This document shows, piece by piece, positions 59,002 to 64,000 of a stretch of DNA of 64,000 nucleotides. The position numbers and the translations under genes are program-made. The stretch covers positions 1,874 to 65,873 of the forward strand of contig JBCBGZ010000009.1 of assembly GCA_038526245.1 (NCBI GenBank), written 5' to 3'. The DNA is from Pseudomonadota bacterium. GTDB taxonomy: Bacteria; Pseudomonadota; Alphaproteobacteria; Caulobacterales; Hyphomonadaceae. Below the pieces are notes generated by a model, which was not told the origin of the DNA, did no database searches, and saw only the letters and a program-made list of their open reading frames with translations. Positions within the stretch are counted from its first letter, which is position 1. Each line of letters opens with the position of its first letter.

Positions 59002-59505
59002 CTACATATTCATCGGGGGTGGGCAGGCAGGCCCTTCAGGTTTGCGCATGCCGGCGGGGGCGCGCAGGGCAAGGATACCGGCCTCGGCAAAGCGAAAGTC
59101 GATCTGATCTGTATCGAGCGCTGCGGTGATGCAGGAGATGGGTTCGCCCGTGTCGGCCGCGATGAGCACAGTGATGCCGGTGCGCCCGCCATACCAATCC
59201 CAAAGATAGCCCGCCTTGTGTGCATCAGCCATGCGAATGACATCGGCGAAAACCGCCAGCTTTTCTTCATCGCTGGCGCGCCATGTCCGGGTCATGTCCA
59301 GTTCGACAAGTTCGAAGTCGCCGGGCGTTTGCCGCTCAAGCACTTCATCGATACGCGGATCCACGATGCGGCAATTCGGGCACCAGTCAGCGGTGAAATT
59401 GATGATTTTCACCAGCGGCTCAGCTTCTGGGCCCTCGACCGCTGTTTCAGCGCTCGCAACGGGAGCAATCAGCACAACACACGCCGATAGAATTGCTTTG
59501 AGCAT
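59002..59505 (-). CDS. periplasmic thioredoxin-like protein
   Basis: Signal peptide MLKAILSACVVLIAPVASA, then FTADWCPNC (CxxC). Confidence 0.7.
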   Translation of the reverse strand: MLKAILSACVVLIAPVASAETAVEGPEAEPLVKIINFTADWCPNCRIVDPRIDEVLERQTPGDFELVELDMTRTWRASDEEKLAVFADVIRMADAHKAGYLWDWYGGRTGITVLIAADTGEPISCITAALDTDQIDFRFAEAGILALRAPAGMRKPEGPACPPPMNM

Positions 59506-59592
59506 CTCACGCCCTCTCACACATCGCCATGCCCATGCATCAAGGCGCAAGCGGTGTAAAATCAAGCCCCTGTGAGCAGTGCAGGTCGAGGG

Positions 59593-61323
<1,731 letters not shown>

Positions 61324-61352
61324 GTCACTTGCAGAGTCGCGCCGATTGAGGC

Positions 61353-61380
61353 CTCCTCCCCCAGAGTAAACCGGGAGGAG
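61353..61380 (+). promoter_or_regulatory. hairpin pairing the SD of the TIR gene with an upstream anti-SD
   Basis: CTCCTCCC (61353-61360) is perfectly complementary to GGGAGGAG (61373-61380), with a 12-nt loop. The ATG is at 61385. Confidence 0.4.
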
Positions 61381-61384
61381 CGCC

Positions 61385-62287
61385 ATGGCGTGGATCTACC
61401 TGATTGCAGCCCCTGAAGACGAAACCCATGCGGAAGCACTCGCCGACTGGCTAAAACAGCGAGGTCATGTGGTGCGCCCCGAGATGGGCAAATACGGCTT
61501 TCCGCCCGCGCGGCGCGGCGAAGTGACGTTAGCGCTTTGGTCCCGCGCGGCGATGATGAGCGCACGCCGATTTCTTATGACGAACCGGGCGATTGACGCC
61601 TGGGAGGACCAGCGTCTTGTCATGGTCAAACTGGATCAGGGTCTGCACCCGAATGGGCTCGCCGATGTCGACATGATTGACCTGACCTTCGAACCCGCGC
61701 GGCAGAGCCGCTACTTCGATGTCGACCGTGCAATTCGCGACGCCGACGCGGCCTATATGCAGCGAATGAATGCGCCGGCTGAAACGCCATCGAGCCAAAG
61801 CGGCGAAGGGACGAACGCCCCGGCGGGACTGCCCGAAAGCGACGGAAGGATGGCGCCCCAGGAAGATGAGGCACCTTTGCCGTTGCAAGAGCCCGATCAC
61901 CATGCGGTTTTTGTCTCATACGCCCACGCCGACAGCGACACGGTGTTGTCGTTGGTGGACCCGATCGAGCAAACGGGAAATCCAGTCTGGATTGACCGCG
62001 AAGGTATCAAGTCAGGCCAGACTTGGGCGGGCATGATCGTTCGGGCCATCAAGTCGGCCCAGGTCTTTTGTCTCATGTGTTCGCAGAAGGCCTTTGCCTC
62101 TGACCACGTCCGCCGGGAGGTCTATCTGGCAGACAAATACAAAATAGGGCTGCTGCCGGTGCGCCTCGATGCCAGCGATATGCCCGATGATATCGAGTAT
62201 TTTCTCGCTGGCGTGCAGTGGGTCGATCTGGTCGATGCATCGGATGCAGAGCGAACCGCGCGATTGACAACCGCCTTCGCATCGTAA
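61385..62287 (+). CDS. tandem TIR-domain protein (degenerate N-terminal TIR-like + canonical C-terminal TIR)
   Basis: C-terminal half: [13 protein letters not shown]...[14 protein letters not shown]...[22 protein letters not shown]...LLPVRLD. N-terminal half: [28 protein letters not shown]...[11 protein letters not shown] Pro/Ser/Glu-rich linker joins them. Confidence 0.8.
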   Translation: MAWIYLIAAPEDETHAEALADWLKQRGHVVRPEMGKYGFPPARRGEVTLALWSRAAMMSARRFLMTNRAIDAWEDQRLVMVKLDQGLHPNGLADVDMIDLTFEPARQSRYFDVDRAIRDADAAYMQRMNAPAETPSSQSGEGTNAPAGLPESDGRMAPQEDEAPLPLQEPDHHAVFVSYAHADSDTVLSLVDPIEQTGNPVWIDREGIKSGQTWAGMIVRAIKSAQVFCLMCSQKAFASDHVRREVYLADKYKIGLLPVRLDASDMPDDIEYFLAGVQWVDLVDASDAERTARLTTAFAS

Positions 62288-62323
62288 AGTCGGCATTAAC
62301 CTGCTGGACCGATTTTCCGAACC

Positions 62324-62623
62324 ATGCGCTCGAAATTTGCTGGTTTCGGCCTCACGGCCCTGATGCTCTATTTTGCCTTCCACGCCTTTGCGGGGGAGAC
62401 CGGCCTGGGCACGTGGAGCGATATGCAAGCTGAACTGGTTGAAAAACGGGCGACACTCGACGCGCTCGAGGCCGAAATTGCCCTCAAAGAGCGTGATATC
62501 GAACGACTGACGCCCGGAACCGTCGACCCGGACTTCATCGAGGCCCTGGCCCGCGAGCGCTTGGCCTATGTCTATCCCGATGAACTGATTTTGCTGCCCG
62601 GCGACGAAACATCCATGCGATAA
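62324..62623 (+). CDS. ftsB: septum formation initiator FtsB/DivIC family
   Basis: 99 aa with an N-terminal TM, a coiled coil (ELVEKRATLDALEAEIALKERDIERL) and DPDFIEALARERL. Confidence 0.85.
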   Translation: MRSKFAGFGLTALMLYFAFHAFAGETGLGTWSDMQAELVEKRATLDALEAEIALKERDIERLTPGTVDPDFIEALARERLAYVYPDELILLPGDETSMR

Positions 62624-62689
62624 CGCATAGGTGAACTGACTGGACCGCGCCCAATTCCTCATCCAAAGTGTGGAAAATACAACACCGGG

Positions 62690-63718
62690 ATGGAAAACGA
62701 GGGCATGGCGAAAGCAACGAAGCTGACCAAGGGTCCGCTGCGCGGTGCAACGCGCGACGAGCTGCACGAATATTATCGAATGATGCTCCTGATCCGGCGC
62801 TTTGAAGAGCGCGCCGGACAGCTCTACGGCATGGGACACATTGCCGGATTCTGTCACCTCTATATCGGCCAGGAAGCAGTCGTGACCGGCATGCAAGCCT
62901 GCATTGGCGAAGGCGATCAGGTCATTACTGGCTACCGCGACCATGGCCACATGCTGGCCTGCGGGATGGACCCGCGCGGCGTGATGGCGGAGCTGACGGG
63001 CCGCGAAGGCGGGTATTCGCGCGGCAAAGGCGGCTCGATGCACATGTTTTCGCGCGAGAAGAACTTCTATGGCGGCCACGGCATCGTCGGCGCCCAGGTC
63101 GCCATCGGCACCGGGCTCGGCTTCAGCAATAAATACAACGGAACAGACCGGGTGTGCCTGGCCTATTTCGGCGATGGCGCAGCCAATCAGGGCCAGGTCT
63201 ATGAGAGCTTCAATATGGCCTCGCTCTGGGACCTTCCCGTCGTCTATGTGATCGAAAACAACATGTACGCCATGGGCACGAGCGTGGAGCGCGCCAGTGC
63301 CGAGACGGAACTCTACAAGCGCGGCATCAGTTTCGAGATCGAAGGCGAAGAAGTCGACGGCATGGACGTCATGGCTGTGCGAAAGGCCGGCGAGAAGGCA
63401 GTGAAGTATGCGCGCTCTGGCAAAGGGCCGTACATCCTGGAGATGAAGACTTACCGCTATCGCGGCCACTCCATGTCCGACCCCGCGAAATACCGCAAAC
63501 GCGAGGAGGTGGACGATATCCGCTCCCACCGCGACCCCATCGAAGGCCTGAAGGGCCAGCTCATCGAGGCCGGCGTCGCCGATGAAGATGAGCTGAAAGC
63601 GCTCGACAAGGACATCAAGGCCATCGTCAAGGACGCGGCTGACTTTGCCCTGGAGAGCCCTGAGCCCGATCCCAAGGAACTATGGACCGATGTCCTTATT
63701 GAAGCGGAGGCGCTCTAA
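62690..63718 (+). CDS. pdhA: pyruvate dehydrogenase E1 component alpha subunit
   Basis: RRFEERAGQLYGMGHIAGFCHLYIGQEAV, GGSMHMF, YFGDGAANQGQVYESFNMASLW, YRYRGHSMSDP. ATG 62705 is an alternative start. Confidence 0.95.
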   Translation: MENEGMAKATKLTKGPLRGATRDELHEYYRMMLLIRRFEERAGQLYGMGHIAGFCHLYIGQEAVVTGMQACIGEGDQVITGYRDHGHMLACGMDPRGVMAELTGREGGYSRGKGGSMHMFSREKNFYGGHGIVGAQVAIGTGLGFSNKYNGTDRVCLAYFGDGAANQGQVYESFNMASLWDLPVVYVIENNMYAMGTSVERASAETELYKRGISFEIEGEEVDGMDVMAVRKAGEKAVKYARSGKGPYILEMKTYRYRGHSMSDPAKYRKREEVDDIRSHRDPIEGLKGQLIEAGVADEDELKALDKDIKAIVKDAADFALESPEPDPKELWTDVLIEAEAL

Positions 63719-64000
63719 ATGCCCCTGATGTATGATTATCTCGTCGCGGCCGTCCTGCTGTATCTGGTTATGATCTTCTTCCAGGCGGTCTCAGGCGCCA
63801 TGCACCATGGTCTGGTCCTGCTTGGGCCACGCGACAAGCTGGCAAAGGACGACAGCGTTCTGATGGGCCGGGCCAAACGCGCCAGCGCCAACATGCTGGA
63901 AAACATGGTCCTGTTCATTCCGCTGGTGGTCGTGGCGGTTGAAACCGGCCATCAGACCGCCACAGCCGAGTTCGGCGCAGGCCTCTTCCTCGGCGCGCGC
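63719..64000 (+). CDS. MAPEG family membrane protein (3' end beyond window)
   Basis: Hand translation from ATG 63719, which immediately follows the pdhA TAA: MPLMYDYLVAAVLLYLVMIFFQ...GRAKRASANMLENMVLFIPLVVVA. The frame is open to nt 64000. Confidence 0.6.
   Translation, partial: MPLMYDYLVAAVLLYLVMIFFQAVSGAMHHGLVLLGPRDKLAKDDSVLMGRAKRASANMLENMVLFIPLVVVAVETGHQTATAEFGAGLFLGAR

Noticed and set aside
62012-63529. 505-aa minus-strand ORF spanning the TIR gene end, ftsB and pdhA
   Set aside because: It crosses three independently supported plus-strand genes and two intergenic regions. The long open antisense frame is a GC artefact.

Overview
This is a densely coding 64-kb piece of a high-GC (roughly 60%) alphaproteobacterial-type chromosome. 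It holds about 68 protein genes and one tRNA-Arg(CCT). I saw no rRNA, CRISPR array, transposase or integrase. Most of it is housekeeping with classic alphaproteobacterial synteny: acnA (5' truncated by the window), hisHA/hisFE, aroK-aroB, corC, rpmE, pyrF, bdhA, sbtA-sbtB, pheA, a CycM-like cytochrome c, an M17 peptidase, a complete Flp/Tad (cpa) pilus locus (flp-cpaABCDEF-tadBC, tadD, two tadE-like genes), hflKC-DUF2065-degP, mrp, eno, ftsB and pdhA. Four things stand out. (1) A ~10.5-kb accessory block (17.2-27.7 kb) sits directly after the rpmE terminator. It contains a tightly coupled five-gene minus-strand operon: a 3-TM protein, a 729-aa unknown, a Cys-containing lipoprotein, a Rossmann-like + macro-domain protein, and a ~9-TM patatin phospholipase. 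Divergent from it are a signal-less SH3b-GH19 muramidase and a secreted vWA protein. The block matches no system architecture I can name, and it is my best candidate for an undescribed membrane/envelope-targeting system (defence or lipid remodelling). (2) A tandem TIR-domain gene is inserted into the conserved eno-ftsB-pdhA block, with its Shine-Dalgarno sequence paired in an 8-bp hairpin. (3) A YcaQ/AlkZ-type DNA glycosylase gene is interrupted by one in-frame TAA. (4) The his operon core is split into divergent halves, and several convergent gene pairs share overlapping palindromic stop codons. All family assignments come from motif recognition by eye, because no database search was possible. 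Start codons were adjusted from the ORF track using signal peptides and SD sequences, and they are less certain than the stops.
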